Assembly (NCBI GenBank): GCA_031280335.1 | Contig: JAITGZ010000041.1 | Span: 1 to 40,279, forward strand | Source: Deltaproteobacteria bacterium | GTDB lineage: Bacteria; Desulfobacterota; Desulfovibrionia; Desulfovibrionales; Desulfovibrionaceae | DNA length: 40,279 bases | Reading direction: 5' to 3' | Shown: piece by piece, positions 8,290-17,488 of the stretch | Layout: every line of letters starts with the position of its first letter | Numbering within the stretch: the first letter of the stretch is position 1 | Notes under the pieces: model-generated | The model's database searches: none | Told to the model about the DNA's origin: nothing | The model's input: only the letters and a program-made list of their open reading frames with translations | Position numbers and translations under genes: made by a program

Positions 8290-9306
8290 ATGTATATAGT
8301 TACAGGCGGATCCGGCATGATCGGCAGCGCTTTGATCCACGAGCTGAACGAACGGGGCATCAGCGATATTTTGGTGGTGGATCGTATGGGGTCTTCCGAA
8401 AAATGGAAGAACTTGGTCAAACGCAGCTATCTGGCCTACATGCACTGTGATTTGTTCCTGGAACACATCCGCAGGGACAGCCTGGAAGAAGCTCTGGAGC
8501 GGGAATATGTGCGGGGCTTCCCCTTGGGACGGATTCAGGGGCTGGTACATTTAGGGGCCTGTTCTTCCACCACTGAGAAAGACGCGGATTTTCTTTTGCG
8601 AAACAATCTTGAATACAGCAAAACCCTGTGCATTTACGCCCAAGCCAGGAACATCCGCTATATCCAGGCCAGCAGCGCCGCCACCTATGGGGACGGCAGC
8701 CGGGGTTTCGCGGATGACCCGGACAGCCTGGAAACATTGCGCCCGCTGAATATGTATGGATATTCAAAACATCTTTTCGATTTGTGGGCCAGGCGCACCG
8801 GGCGGCTGGCCGCCCTGGCCAGCGTGAAATTTTTTAATGTATATGGACCCAATGAATACCACAAAGGCGATATGCGCAGTATGGCGCACAAGGCCATGGA
8901 GCAGATTCGCACGGAAGGGCGGCTGCGTCTTTTTCGTTCTCACCGTCCGGAATATCCTGATGGAGGGCAGCTGCGCGATTTTATATATGTTAAAGATTGC
9001 GCGGCCATGCTGGCCGATCTTTTGCAGCGCCCGGCGTGCAACGGTCTGTTTAATCTGGGCACGGGACAGGCGCGCAGTTGGAATGATCTGGCTGCGGCAA
9101 TCTTTGCCGGTCTGGATCAGGAAGCGTGCATTGAGTATGTGGATATGCCCGAAAATCTGCGCGGCAAATACCAATACTTCACCCAGGCCGAAACAGGCCG
9201 GCTGAAGGCGGCCCTTGGCCCAAACACCCCCGCGCCGCGCAGCATGGAAGAAGGCGTGACTGATTATGTGCGTAATTACCTCATGGCGGAAGATGCCTAT
9301 TTATAA
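8290..9306 (+). CDS. hldD: ADP-L-glycero-D-manno-heptose 6-epimerase
   Basis: MYIVTGGSGMIGSALIHELNERGISDILVVD, HLGACSSTTE, SSAATYG, YGYSK and FNVYGPNEYHKG closely parallel E. coli HldD/RfaD. Confidence 0.9.
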   Translation: MYIVTGGSGMIGSALIHELNERGISDILVVDRMGSSEKWKNLVKRSYLAYMHCDLFLEHIRRDSLEEALEREYVRGFPLGRIQGLVHLGACSSTTEKDADFLLRNNLEYSKTLCIYAQARNIRYIQASSAATYGDGSRGFADDPDSLETLRPLNMYGYSKHLFDLWARRTGRLAALASVKFFNVYGPNEYHKGDMRSMAHKAMEQIRTEGRLRLFRSHRPEYPDGGQLRDFIYVKDCAAMLADLLQRPACNGLFNLGTGQARSWNDLAAAIFAGLDQEACIEYVDMPENLRGKYQYFTQAETGRLKAALGPNTPAPRSMEEGVTDYVRNYLMAEDAYL

Positions 9307-9363
9307 TGATTTTCAACCGTGTTTTTCCGCCGCCTCACGGTGTAAAAAATGAAAAGAAGAGAT

Positions 9364-9486
9364 AAGGGCAATTTTATTTTGAAATTGCCTTAAAAATATT
9401 GAGGGGGTTGGAGGGAAATCATTTCCCCCAAATGGGGTTTGGGACGATAGCCCCAATAAAAGATATGCAGGCTCAAAGTTGAAATA
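9364..9486. repeat. modular hairpin repeat (family 2), copy A
   Basis: About 120 bp, nearly identical to 37511-37630. Modules: ggcaatttt-atttt-gaaattgcc hairpin, gagggaaatcatttccccc palindrome, tgggacgatagcccca hairpin. Confidence 0.8.
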
Positions 9487-9515
9487 TTCTGATAAATTGC
9501 GCAGGCGGTGATATT

Positions 9516-10904
9516 ATGAAGGATATGCGGGTGGTGGAAGCGCTGGCAACGCCGAATGCGGCGGCGGATATACGCGTGCGCGGCTGGGTGCGCACGCGGC
9601 GCGATGCCAAAGATATTGCTTTTGTGGAGCTGAACGACGGTTCCTGCCTGGCTAATCTGCAAATTCTGGCGGAAGAAGGCTCCCCGGTTTTCGCGGCCCT
9701 GGCGGGGGCGCAGACTGGTTATGCGCTGGAAGCAGTGGGAGATTTGGTGGAGTCCCCCGGTCAGGGGCAACGCTGGGAACTCAAGGCCAGGGAAATACAT
9801 ATTTTGGGCGCTGCGGATCAAAGTCTTTATCCCTTGCAGAAAAAGCGGCACTCGGACGAATTTTTGCGTGGTATAGCCCATTTGCGCCCGCGTACCAACA
9901 AATATGGGGCGGCCTTCAGGGTGCGATCCGAAGCGGCCTTTGCCATACACAGCTTTTTTCGCACGCGGGGCTTTTATTATGTGCATACGCCCATTCTCAC
10001 CGGCGCGGACTGTGAGGGGGCAGGCGAGATGTTCAGAGTGACCACCCTGCCGATATGGAATGAGACAACGCGGTCAAATGAGGAAGACCCCCTGGCTGGC
10101 GATTTTTTTGGCCGGGAGTGCAATTTGACGGTTTCCGGACAGTTGGAGGCTGAAGCCCTGGCCATGGGCCTGGGCAGGGTCTATACCTTTGGCCCGACTT
10201 TTCGGGCGGAAAATTCCAACACTCCCAGACATGCCGCTGAGTTTTGGATGATCGAACCGGAGGCGTCCTTTTTTGATCTCACTGACAATATGGCCCTGGC
10301 GGAAGATCTTGTACGCCATGTCTCCAGGCATGCCCTGGAACATTGCGCGGCGGATTTGGATTTATTCAACCGCTTTGTGGATAACGGCCTTATGGATCGC
10401 TTAAGGTCTTTGGCCGAAGGCACTTACCAGCGGGTGAGCTATGGCGATGCCATTGAAATTTTGGCCAAATCCGGACGCAAATTTGAATTTACGGCGGTTT
10501 TCGGTCAAGATCTGCAGACAGAGCATGAGCGCTTTCTGGCCGAAGAGTATTTTTGCGGACCGGTTACGGTGTTCAACTATCCTAAGGAAATAAAGGCCTT
10601 TTACATGCGGGCCAATGACGATGGCCGCACGGTGGCGGCCATGGATCTGCTGGCCCCGAAGATCGGCGAGCTGATTGGCGGCAGCCAGCGTGAAGAGCGC
10701 CTTGGCCGGCTGGAGCAGCGCCTGGCAGAATTGGGGCGGGATATTAAAGATTATTGGTGGTACCTGGATCTGCGCCGTTTCGGCTCAGTGCCGCACTCCG
10801 GCTTTGGTCTGGGTTTTGAACGGCTGATCATGTTGCTCACTGGCATAGGCAATATCAGGGATGTGCTGCCTTTTCCCCGCACGCCCAAAAATTTGGAATT
10901 TTAG
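9516..10904 (+). CDS. asnS: asparagine--tRNA ligase
   Basis: 462 aa with class II motifs (FRAENSNTPRHAAEFWMIEPE; GFGLGFERLIMLLTG) and the AsnRS-type C-terminus PFPRTPKNLEF. Confidence 0.9.
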   Translation: MKDMRVVEALATPNAAADIRVRGWVRTRRDAKDIAFVELNDGSCLANLQILAEEGSPVFAALAGAQTGYALEAVGDLVESPGQGQRWELKAREIHILGAADQSLYPLQKKRHSDEFLRGIAHLRPRTNKYGAAFRVRSEAAFAIHSFFRTRGFYYVHTPILTGADCEGAGEMFRVTTLPIWNETTRSNEEDPLAGDFFGRECNLTVSGQLEAEALAMGLGRVYTFGPTFRAENSNTPRHAAEFWMIEPEASFFDLTDNMALAEDLVRHVSRHALEHCAADLDLFNRFVDNGLMDRLRSLAEGTYQRVSYGDAIEILAKSGRKFEFTAVFGQDLQTEHERFLAEEYFCGPVTVFNYPKEIKAFYMRANDDGRTVAAMDLLAPKIGELIGGSQREERLGRLEQRLAELGRDIKDYWWYLDLRRFGSVPHSGFGLGFERLIMLLTGIGNIRDVLPFPRTPKNLEF

Positions 10905-10931
10905 AGCAATTTCAAAGCGAAATTGCTCTAA
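10905..10931. repeat. 11-bp-stem palindrome between convergent genes (GCAAT-TTC module; possible bidirectional terminator)
   Basis: agagcaatttc-aaagc-gaaattgctct starts directly after the asnS TAG. The same gcaat(t/c)tc...ga(a/g)attgc module recurs at 9367, 33845 and 37513. No clear U-tract follows. Confidence 0.5.
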
Positions 10932-10959
10932 ACTATTTCTATATAAAAGTTAAATAGCT

Positions 10960-11523
10960 CTAATCTGTCAGATAGCTGACTGCACGTTTACGTGGTACGG
11001 GAGACGGTGCCGGGCCATCGGGCCAGCCTATGGCGGCGCAGCCATAGACGTGGTTTGTTTCGGGCACGCCCAGTTCCGTGAGCCGGGCGCGGAAGCCACT
11101 GTCGGCGCAGGCGCTGCCTAGTTGGTTGATCCAGCAGGAGCCCAGCCCCAGGGCGTGGGCGGCCAAAGCGATATTTCCCATGGCCAGGGCGCAGTCGGCT
11201 TCGGCTGTGGACAGCGCCGGGTCGGCCGAAACCAGAATGCAGACCGGGGCATGGTAATTCACTGTGTAGTTCGGGGAGCCCACGTACTGTTTATAGGGGT
11301 TATGGGACATGCGCGCCACAGCTTCCTTGAGGGCCAGAGTGAGACCGGCCAGACGTTCCTGACCGGTCAGCACGGCAAAGTGCCAGGGTTGCCTGCCCAT
11401 GCCGCTGGGGGCATGGAGTCCGGCTTCCACAATTTGTTCCAGGATATCCCTGGGCACAGACTTGGTCAGGAATTTGCGGATGCTGCGACGGGTGAGAATA
11501 TTTTCCAGTACGGCATTTTTCAT
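10960..11523 (-). CDS. nitroreductase family protein
   Basis: 187 aa. N-terminus ILTRRSIRKFLTKSVPRDILEQIVEAGLHAPSGMGRQPWHF is the classical FMN nitroreductase signature. Confidence 0.85.
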   Translation of the reverse strand: MKNAVLENILTRRSIRKFLTKSVPRDILEQIVEAGLHAPSGMGRQPWHFAVLTGQERLAGLTLALKEAVARMSHNPYKQYVGSPNYTVNYHAPVCILVSADPALSTAEADCALAMGNIALAAHALGLGSCWINQLGSACADSGFRARLTELGVPETNHVYGCAAIGWPDGPAPSPVPRKRAVSYLTD

Positions 11524-11635
11524 GTAATATCTCCTGCAAAGAAATGATTATAATTTAAGGCATACGGTCTTTTCAAGCTATTTCGTCTGAGCTTGGCGGG
11601 CGGCTTTGACCTTGGAAATCAGGACGGCGGACAAG

Positions 11636-12928
11636 TTATTTCAGAGCGGCTTGCTCCGCGTCCGCCCCAATCATGATTTTCAGCACCTCCTCGTCTGTGG
11701 CGTGCATGCCTACGCTGGCCAGGCGGCCCACGCTGCGGATGGTCTCTTCCACATCCTGTTGCACAATGCCTTCGCCAGGAGAAAAGGAGTGGCTGCTCAT
11801 GGCCAGATCGTGGGCCATAATGGCGGCATCCAAGGCCGAGGCGATTTTTGCCGCGCAGGAGGGTTTTGCTCCGTCGCAGACAATGCCGGAGACATTGGCC
11901 AAGGTGTTGGTTATGGTATCCGTGATTTGTTTGAAATTGCCGCCGCTCAGCCAGGTAATTGCCGCCCCGCTGCCACAGGCCGCGCTTACCGCGCCGCAGT
12001 AAGCCGAAAGTTTGCCGATGCCGGATTTTTGATGGATGGCGATGAGGTTGCTGACCAGGAGGGCGCGGTATAACTTTTCTTGAGACAGGTTGAACTCCCT
12101 GGCATATTCAATAATAGGCAGAGAAACGGCCATGCCCTGGTTGCCGCTGCCCGAGTTGATGACAACCGGCAGCTCGCACCCGCTCATACGGGCATCGGAA
12201 CCGGCGGCGGCCCTGGCCTTGGCCCGGTTGCGCACGTCATCGCCTCGGCTGACCAGAAGCGTCCGCCCCACTCCGGCACCGTAGTTTCCGTGCAGTCCCT
12301 CCTCGGAAATATTCAGATTGCAGACGATTTGGCGATCCAGCACGTCGCGCGTCCAGGCGAGATCGCTGGTTTCGGCGAATTCCAGTATGCCGGCGACAGA
12401 CATGAAATCACGGCGGTGATCTTCCCGTTTGGCCGGTATATACGGGCCTCCGGCCAGAATGACGCCATCTTTTTCCTGGCGCACCACATTGGTATGGCTT
12501 TCGGCAATCTCTACCACCGCCTCATGCTCTTCCGCCCTGGCGGTCATGATAATGTGCAGGTTTTCCGACCCCGGCAGCAGTTCCACCCGGCAGAACCCTG
12601 AGTCCGCAAGTTCTTTGGCCCGCTCCACATGTTCCGGCCGCACACCGGAAAGCACCTCCAGCTTCCTGTCCGGGTCGCCGCCAAGAGCGCCCAGAATGGC
12701 CGCAATTTCCATGCCCTTCTGTCCGCCTGAGTTTGGCACAACCACGCCTTTGACGTTTTTAACAATATTGCCGCTGCAGGCCGCGTACAGGTTTTGAGGC
12801 TCACATCCCAGCAGACGGGTGGCCAGGGCACCGGCCAAGGCAACGGCGATGGGCTCCGTGCAGCCCAGGGCAGGCACCAGTTCTTCGTGCAGGATGTTGA
12901 CATATTGCCGGCAAAGGACAGCGTCCAT
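11636..12928 (-). CDS. UPF0597 / CyuA(YhaM)-type L-cysteine desulfidase homologue (serine dehydratase alpha-like)
   Basis: 430 aa. LVPALGCTEPIAVALAGA near the N-terminus and a Gly/Ala/Cys-rich core (GSGNQG, SAYCGAVSAACG) are typical of the family. It starts 4 nt after the NrfD-like gene ends. Confidence 0.75.
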   Translation of the reverse strand: MDAVLCRQYVNILHEELVPALGCTEPIAVALAGALATRLLGCEPQNLYAACSGNIVKNVKGVVVPNSGGQKGMEIAAILGALGGDPDRKLEVLSGVRPEHVERAKELADSGFCRVELLPGSENLHIIMTARAEEHEAVVEIAESHTNVVRQEKDGVILAGGPYIPAKREDHRRDFMSVAGILEFAETSDLAWTRDVLDRQIVCNLNISEEGLHGNYGAGVGRTLLVSRGDDVRNRAKARAAAGSDARMSGCELPVVINSGSGNQGMAVSLPIIEYAREFNLSQEKLYRALLVSNLIAIHQKSGIGKLSAYCGAVSAACGSGAAITWLSGGNFKQITDTITNTLANVSGIVCDGAKPSCAAKIASALDAAIMAHDLAMSSHSFSPGEGIVQQDVEETIRSVGRLASVGMHATDEEVLKIMIGADAEQAALK

Positions 12929-12932
12929 ACGT

Positions 12933-13919
12933 TTACCCGCTTATGCGCCAAGCGATTTGGGCAGTGGCGATCGCAAGCCCGATGCCCCCTATGCAAACGC
13001 GTGTTTCCATATGCGAGGGGGTGTATGATATCCTCGCTTGCCATTGGGCATAGGGCGCGGGCAGGCGGTTCTCCCGCTGGAGTTCCAGCATCATCCGTCT
13101 CTTTTCCCAGACCAGCAAGGCAATGGCCCCCAGGGCGGCGGGCCGGATCATAAAAACGGCCGGAGTATAAAGGCTCAGGAGTGCCGCGCCCGCCACGGCG
13201 AGGTCCGCGCAAAGCGCCCAGGAAAGGCGGGAGAGCGGCGGGGAGTCTTCAGGGTGTTTCAAGGCGAGCCTGGAGGCGCAATGCGTTAGTGCGGCCAGCA
13301 AGGAGAGGCCGAGAAAAAGCTTGGGAGCCGCGCTGGATATGGCGAGGCAACTGAGCAGGCCGGCCCCGCCGCAGGCGGCGCGGATCAACACTTCCAGAGC
13401 CAGGAACGGCTTGCCTTCGCCATTGCCGGCCAGGAGCAGCGCATGTGTCAGCAAAAAAGCGCCGGATGCGATTATGGAGCATATGGCCCAGGGCAGTCCC
13501 GGCGTCAGATTGCGGGCGCTGTAAACTACGCCCGCCATGACCAGTATGGCGTTCAGACAGAAGAGGTAAAAATCCCAGGTCATGGGAGACCCGGGATTTT
13601 TACCAAGAATCAGGAGAGGGCTGCGGAGGGGTTTGCCCAGATCCGCCGCAAGCAGGAGGCCGCCTCCCACAAGGCAGCCCATCGCCAGGGCGGGTGCCGC
13701 AGCAGGCATCACATTGGTGGCAAGGCGGCTTAAGCCCGCCAGAAGCAGCAGACCGCCTGCCAATGACCCCAAGGTAAAGAACCCCTGAATATACAGGCCC
13801 CAGGGGACGCGATCCGACAGGGCCGTGGCATTCAATCCGGCTGCCATCTGCCGCCGCAGCGCATGGGCACCGGCCAGCGCGGCCAGAAGGGCAAGGCACA
13901 GCGATATCCAGAAAAACAT
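12933..13919 (-). CDS. NrfD/PsrC-family polytopic membrane subunit
   Basis: RVPWGLYIQGFFTLGSLAGG and ADLGKPLRSPLLILGKNPGSPMTWD match NrfD-family hallmarks, and the product has multiple TM segments. The ATG at 13919 has GGAGG 5-6 nt upstream; the track start at 13982 overlaps the tautomerase gene. Confidence 0.75.
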   Translation of the reverse strand: MFFWISLCLALLAALAGAHALRRQMAAGLNATALSDRVPWGLYIQGFFTLGSLAGGLLLLAGLSRLATNVMPAAAPALAMGCLVGGGLLLAADLGKPLRSPLLILGKNPGSPMTWDFYLFCLNAILVMAGVVYSARNLTPGLPWAICSIIASGAFLLTHALLLAGNGEGKPFLALEVLIRAACGGAGLLSCLAISSAAPKLFLGLSLLAALTHCASRLALKHPEDSPPLSRLSWALCADLAVAGAALLSLYTPAVFMIRPAALGAIALLVWEKRRMMLELQRENRLPAPYAQWQARISYTPSHMETRVCIGGIGLAIATAQIAWRISG

Positions 13920-13962
13920 AAGGCCTCCGTACGGTCGGGAAAAAAAGTAAATCAGTATTTCC

Positions 13963-14163
13963 TCAACGTTTGGACCAGTCAATGTCGCTCGCCAGTTCTC
14001 CGCCAGTGGACCAGTTTTCCGTTTCGTAGTCCGTGAACAGGACGGTAATATTGGGGCGGCGTTTTTTAGCGATGCGCTCCACGCTGTCGGTAATTTCTTT
14101 GGCCAACTGGGCCTTTTGCTCGTGTGTGCATCCTTTCCAGAGTTCTACTTTGATGATGGGCAT
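13963..14163 (-). CDS. 4-oxalocrotonate tautomerase family protein
   Basis: 66 aa. MPIIKVELWKG has Pro right after Met (the catalytic Pro1 of the tautomerase superfamily), and the size is typical of the family. Confidence 0.75.
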   Translation of the reverse strand: MPIIKVELWKGCTHEQKAQLAKEITDSVERIAKKRRPNITVLFTDYETENWSTGGELASDIDWSKR

Positions 14164-14233
14164 AAGGTATTGTCCTTTGTCTTTTGTAATGTTTCAATGG
14201 TGAGATTGGGCAGTCAATTTACTTTAAAATGCT

Positions 14234-14860
14234 CTAATATTGCGGTGTTGCTCCGGGCAGGCATCTGTACCATACCGCAGGTTCTGTGCCCAGTTCCGGC
14301 CGCAGCCTGGAAGCATCGTGCCTGCCCAGCAGTCGCGAGATTTTAGAATCTTGATCCTCCATGTCGCCAAAGACGCGCGCGGCTGTGGGGCAAGCCTCCA
14401 CGCAGCCGGGCTCCCTCCCCTGGGCGCGGCGGGCGCGGCAGAAATCGCACTTCGCCACCGTGCCGGGTTCGAATTTTTTGCGGGCAAGGATTTCGTAGGG
14501 CGTGGGTTCCTCGTCCGGCCAATAGTTTCTGAAGGTCCAGAGAAAACGGCGAGCCTCATAAGGGCAGGCTTGCATACAGGCCCGGCAGCCAATGCAGGTG
14601 CCGGCATCGATCATCACCGCGCCGTCGGCCTCACGGCGGGTCGCCCCGGTGGGACAGGCGCGCAGACAGGGGGCGACGGCGCAGTGCATACACAGCACGG
14701 GCAGGGTATGCAGTCTGGAGTGCGGATAGGGGCCGTTTTCGTATTTAAGTACCCGGCTGAACAGAACCCCGGCCGGGGCACCCTGAATCTGGCGGCAGAT
14801 CATGGCGCAGGCCCCGCAGCCGATGCACTTTTGCAGGTCAATGAGCATTCCGACGCGCAT
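14234..14860 (-). CDS. 4Fe-4S ferredoxin-type electron-transfer subunit (DmsB/PsrB-like)
   Basis: 208 aa with four Cys clusters (CIGCGACAMIC, CMHCAVAPCLRACP, CIGCRACMQACP, CDFC...CVEACP). There is no N-terminal signal or Tat motif. Confidence 0.85.
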   Translation of the reverse strand: MRVGMLIDLQKCIGCGACAMICRQIQGAPAGVLFSRVLKYENGPYPHSRLHTLPVLCMHCAVAPCLRACPTGATRREADGAVMIDAGTCIGCRACMQACPYEARRFLWTFRNYWPDEEPTPYEILARKKFEPGTVAKCDFCRARRAQGREPGCVEACPTAARVFGDMEDQDSKISRLLGRHDASRLRPELGTEPAVWYRCLPGATPQY

Positions 14861-14877
14861 GGCGTACCTTCAGCGCC

Positions 14878-16224
14878 TCAGCCGCGCACACCGGCCACTT
14901 CAAGGATGGCCAGGGCTGAGACTTGGCAGTGTTTGATGAGTTGCGCCACACTTACCCGTTCATCCGGCGTTACCGGTACGACCCCGGCACCGTAATTCAG
15001 GCCGGGAATGCCCGCTCCCGCGAAGGAAACCAGGTCCGAACCGGCATAACGGCACCAATCCACCACCCGGTCCAGGGTGGTACCGTTGCTTTCCACGTCC
15101 ACAATCAGTTCTTCGCCGAAGATTTCCCTGTGCGCGGCCTTTAAGGCACCCAAAAGCGGCAGGTCACGCGGCGGGGCCACGGGTTTGTCCAGTTTAAGCC
15201 CGCCGGGTTCCGCGCCGGAAGTCACCGTAGCCCGCAGGCTTGGGTCTTCCACCCGCAGGTTGTAAACGATGCGCTCCAGATCGCGTTTTACGCTCTGGCG
15301 ATCCATGCCGGCCGGGTAACGCACATCGATCATGATGGAGCATTCCTCCACCCCCAAGCAGGGACGCGAGCCTGTACCCGGTACCTTGGAGGTGATCCGG
15401 CCAAAGGTGATAATGGGGTCGCCCAGAAAATGCCCGCGCTCATAAACGAAATTTTTGCGTACATTTTTGACTTCATTGAGTATCTTCAACATTTTATCCA
15501 CCGCGTTGACCTGGCGGAAGCCATCGTACGATGGGTGCAAGGTATAGCGCGAACTGTTGTGTCCCAACTGGCCGTACGTGGTGATGGTGAAAACCCCCAT
15601 ACCCACATTGGTGGACCATACGGAGCAGTCCGTCTGTTCGCCGTCGAAGATCATGTCCGGTTTGGGGCCCAGGCCGAGCGTGTCCCAGTTGGCGGCCATA
15701 TAGCGGGAGCCAACCAGTCCGCCGTTTTCCTGGCACCATCCGGCAAAAAGCAGATCCCCATCCAGTTCCGCGCCTGATTCCACAATGGCCTTGAAGGCTT
15801 CCATGAAAGACGCCACAGATTGTTTCATGTTAACCGTGCCCACGCCGTAGATATAACCATCGGCCACATCGCCGGAAAAAGGGTCATGGGTCCATTTTTC
15901 CGGGCTCACCACCGGCTCGGTATCCAGGTGGCCGCCGATCATCAGGCGCGGTCCAGTGCCTTTGCCGGGCATAAAGGCCATTACCTGCGGATGGTCGCCC
16001 TCGGTCTGCCCCGGTATATCCTTGGGCAGATCAATCACCTTCACCTTAAGGCCGAGGGCGCGGAAGTAATCGGCCACATGGGCGGCTATTTCCACTTCCG
16101 CGCTGGGTGTCTCCACCACGGAATTCATCCGGATGAGCCGGGAACACAGGGAAGTGAGACGCTCGCCGTTGATCCGCGCCAGCACGGCATCGCGTATTTT
16201 TTTTGGGGTTTTCAGACTGTGCAT
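14878..16224 (-). CDS. M20-family (ArgE/DapE/CPG2-like) metallohydrolase homologue with atypical metal-site residues
   Basis: The ATG at 16224 has GGAGG 5 nt upstream; the track start at 16320 lies in a repeat. GGHLDTEPVVSPEKWTHDPFSGDVADGYIYGVGTVNMK aligns by eye with the DapE GHTDVVP...YGRGAADMKG block. Confidence 0.75.
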   Translation of the reverse strand: MHSLKTPKKIRDAVLARINGERLTSLCSRLIRMNSVVETPSAEVEIAAHVADYFRALGLKVKVIDLPKDIPGQTEGDHPQVMAFMPGKGTGPRLMIGGHLDTEPVVSPEKWTHDPFSGDVADGYIYGVGTVNMKQSVASFMEAFKAIVESGAELDGDLLFAGWCQENGGLVGSRYMAANWDTLGLGPKPDMIFDGEQTDCSVWSTNVGMGVFTITTYGQLGHNSSRYTLHPSYDGFRQVNAVDKMLKILNEVKNVRKNFVYERGHFLGDPIITFGRITSKVPGTGSRPCLGVEECSIMIDVRYPAGMDRQSVKRDLERIVYNLRVEDPSLRATVTSGAEPGGLKLDKPVAPPRDLPLLGALKAAHREIFGEELIVDVESNGTTLDRVVDWCRYAGSDLVSFAGAGIPGLNYGAGVVPVTPDERVSVAQLIKHCQVSALAILEVAGVRG

Positions 16225-16290
16225 GTGTCCTCCATGGAAATATTTTTTTGGGAAACTCCCTGACAGTACGGCTTCCCGCGTTTCGCACAT

Positions 16291-16356
16291 GTTTTCAGCC
16301 TCTTTGCGGCTGAAAAACAACAGGGGGGCTGGGGGGAATTATTCCCTTCCCGGTGG
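16291..16356. repeat. hairpin repeat (family 2 modules) inside the operon
   Basis: ttttcagcc-tctttgc-ggctgaaaa hairpin plus ggggggaattattccc palindrome. The same two modules occur in inverted order at 27140-27207. Confidence 0.7.
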
Positions 16357-16391
16357 TGTTAGGGCAGATACTTGAATTTAATCATCCTTTT

Positions 16392-17408
16392 CTAAAAAAC
16401 AATGACGCTTCTGCCCAGTACTTTGCCGGCGGCCAGGCGTTCAGCGGCCTCGTTGAGTCCCGTGAGAGGGTATTGTTCCGTTACGCAGGGCGTGAGGAGA
16501 CCCTGGCGGACCAAGTCCACGGCATCGGTTACGCACTGTCTGGTCATGCCCAGGGAACCTTTGATGTTGATTTCTTTGAACATGGTCTGCCCCACCGGAA
16601 TGGAGAGGCTTTGATCCGTGGAGCCGACCAGGGCATACACCCCGCCCTTGCGCAGGGCGGCGGCCGAGATGTTGAAACTCTCCTGGCTGACCACATAATC
16701 AATAACCGCGTCCACGCCTTTGCCGCCGGTCAGGCGCAGGGTTTCCTGGAGCAGGTCTTTTTCCCGTGCATTGATGGTTTCGGCCGCGCCGAATTCACGG
16801 GCTTTGTCGAGTTTTTCTTTGGAACGCGCTGTGGCTATGACGCGGCATCCCGCCAGGCGCGCGATCTGTACCCCGTGCAGTCCAAGCCCCCCCACGCCGT
16901 AGATCAGCACGGTATCCGCAAGCCGCACCTGCGCCTGATCGCGTATGGCGTGCAGAGAGGTACAGATGGCATCGGGAATGGCGGCGGCGTCTGTAAAGCT
17001 GATGGTTTCGGGCAGGAGAGCCAATTGGTCTTCTTTGACCGTTACCAATTCAGCATGGCCGCCGGCGCACTCAAAACCCGTGCGAATCAGCCGCACGCAT
17101 AGGTTTTCGTGCCCGGAACGGCAGGCCGGGCAGCTTTTGCAGACATCGTACATATACACGACCACGCGGTCACCGGGGCTGCGGGCGCTCACGCCTGTGC
17201 CCACGGCCTCCACCACTCCGGCGATTTCATGTCCGGGGATATGGGGGAGCGTCAAGGCGGGGTTGCGTCCGGCGCGGATTTTCAGATCCCCGGGGCACAG
17301 GGCCGAGGCCTTGACCCGTACCAGAACCTCACCCGGACCGGGCAAGGGATCGGGCACATCCTCAAAGGCAAAGGGTTCGCCGAATTTTTTGATCAGGGCT
17401 GCTTTCAT
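16392..17408 (-). CDS. zinc-dependent medium-chain alcohol dehydrogenase (butanediol/threonine dehydrogenase-like)
   Basis: 338 aa. Catalytic-Zn ligands lie in ALCPGD and PGHEIAG, the structural-Zn motif is CKSCPACRSGHENLC, and the NAD fold is IYGVGGLG. Confidence 0.85.
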   Translation of the reverse strand: MKAALIKKFGEPFAFEDVPDPLPGPGEVLVRVKASALCPGDLKIRAGRNPALTLPHIPGHEIAGVVEAVGTGVSARSPGDRVVVYMYDVCKSCPACRSGHENLCVRLIRTGFECAGGHAELVTVKEDQLALLPETISFTDAAAIPDAICTSLHAIRDQAQVRLADTVLIYGVGGLGLHGVQIARLAGCRVIATARSKEKLDKAREFGAAETINAREKDLLQETLRLTGGKGVDAVIDYVVSQESFNISAAALRKGGVYALVGSTDQSLSIPVGQTMFKEINIKGSLGMTRQCVTDAVDLVRQGLLTPCVTEQYPLTGLNEAAERLAAGKVLGRSVIVF

Positions 17409-17488
17409 CAGAATGTCCTTGTAAAAATGCTTTGGAATGGTTTAACTTTGAGATCATACATGATCGGAACCCGCCATATTCAACATGT

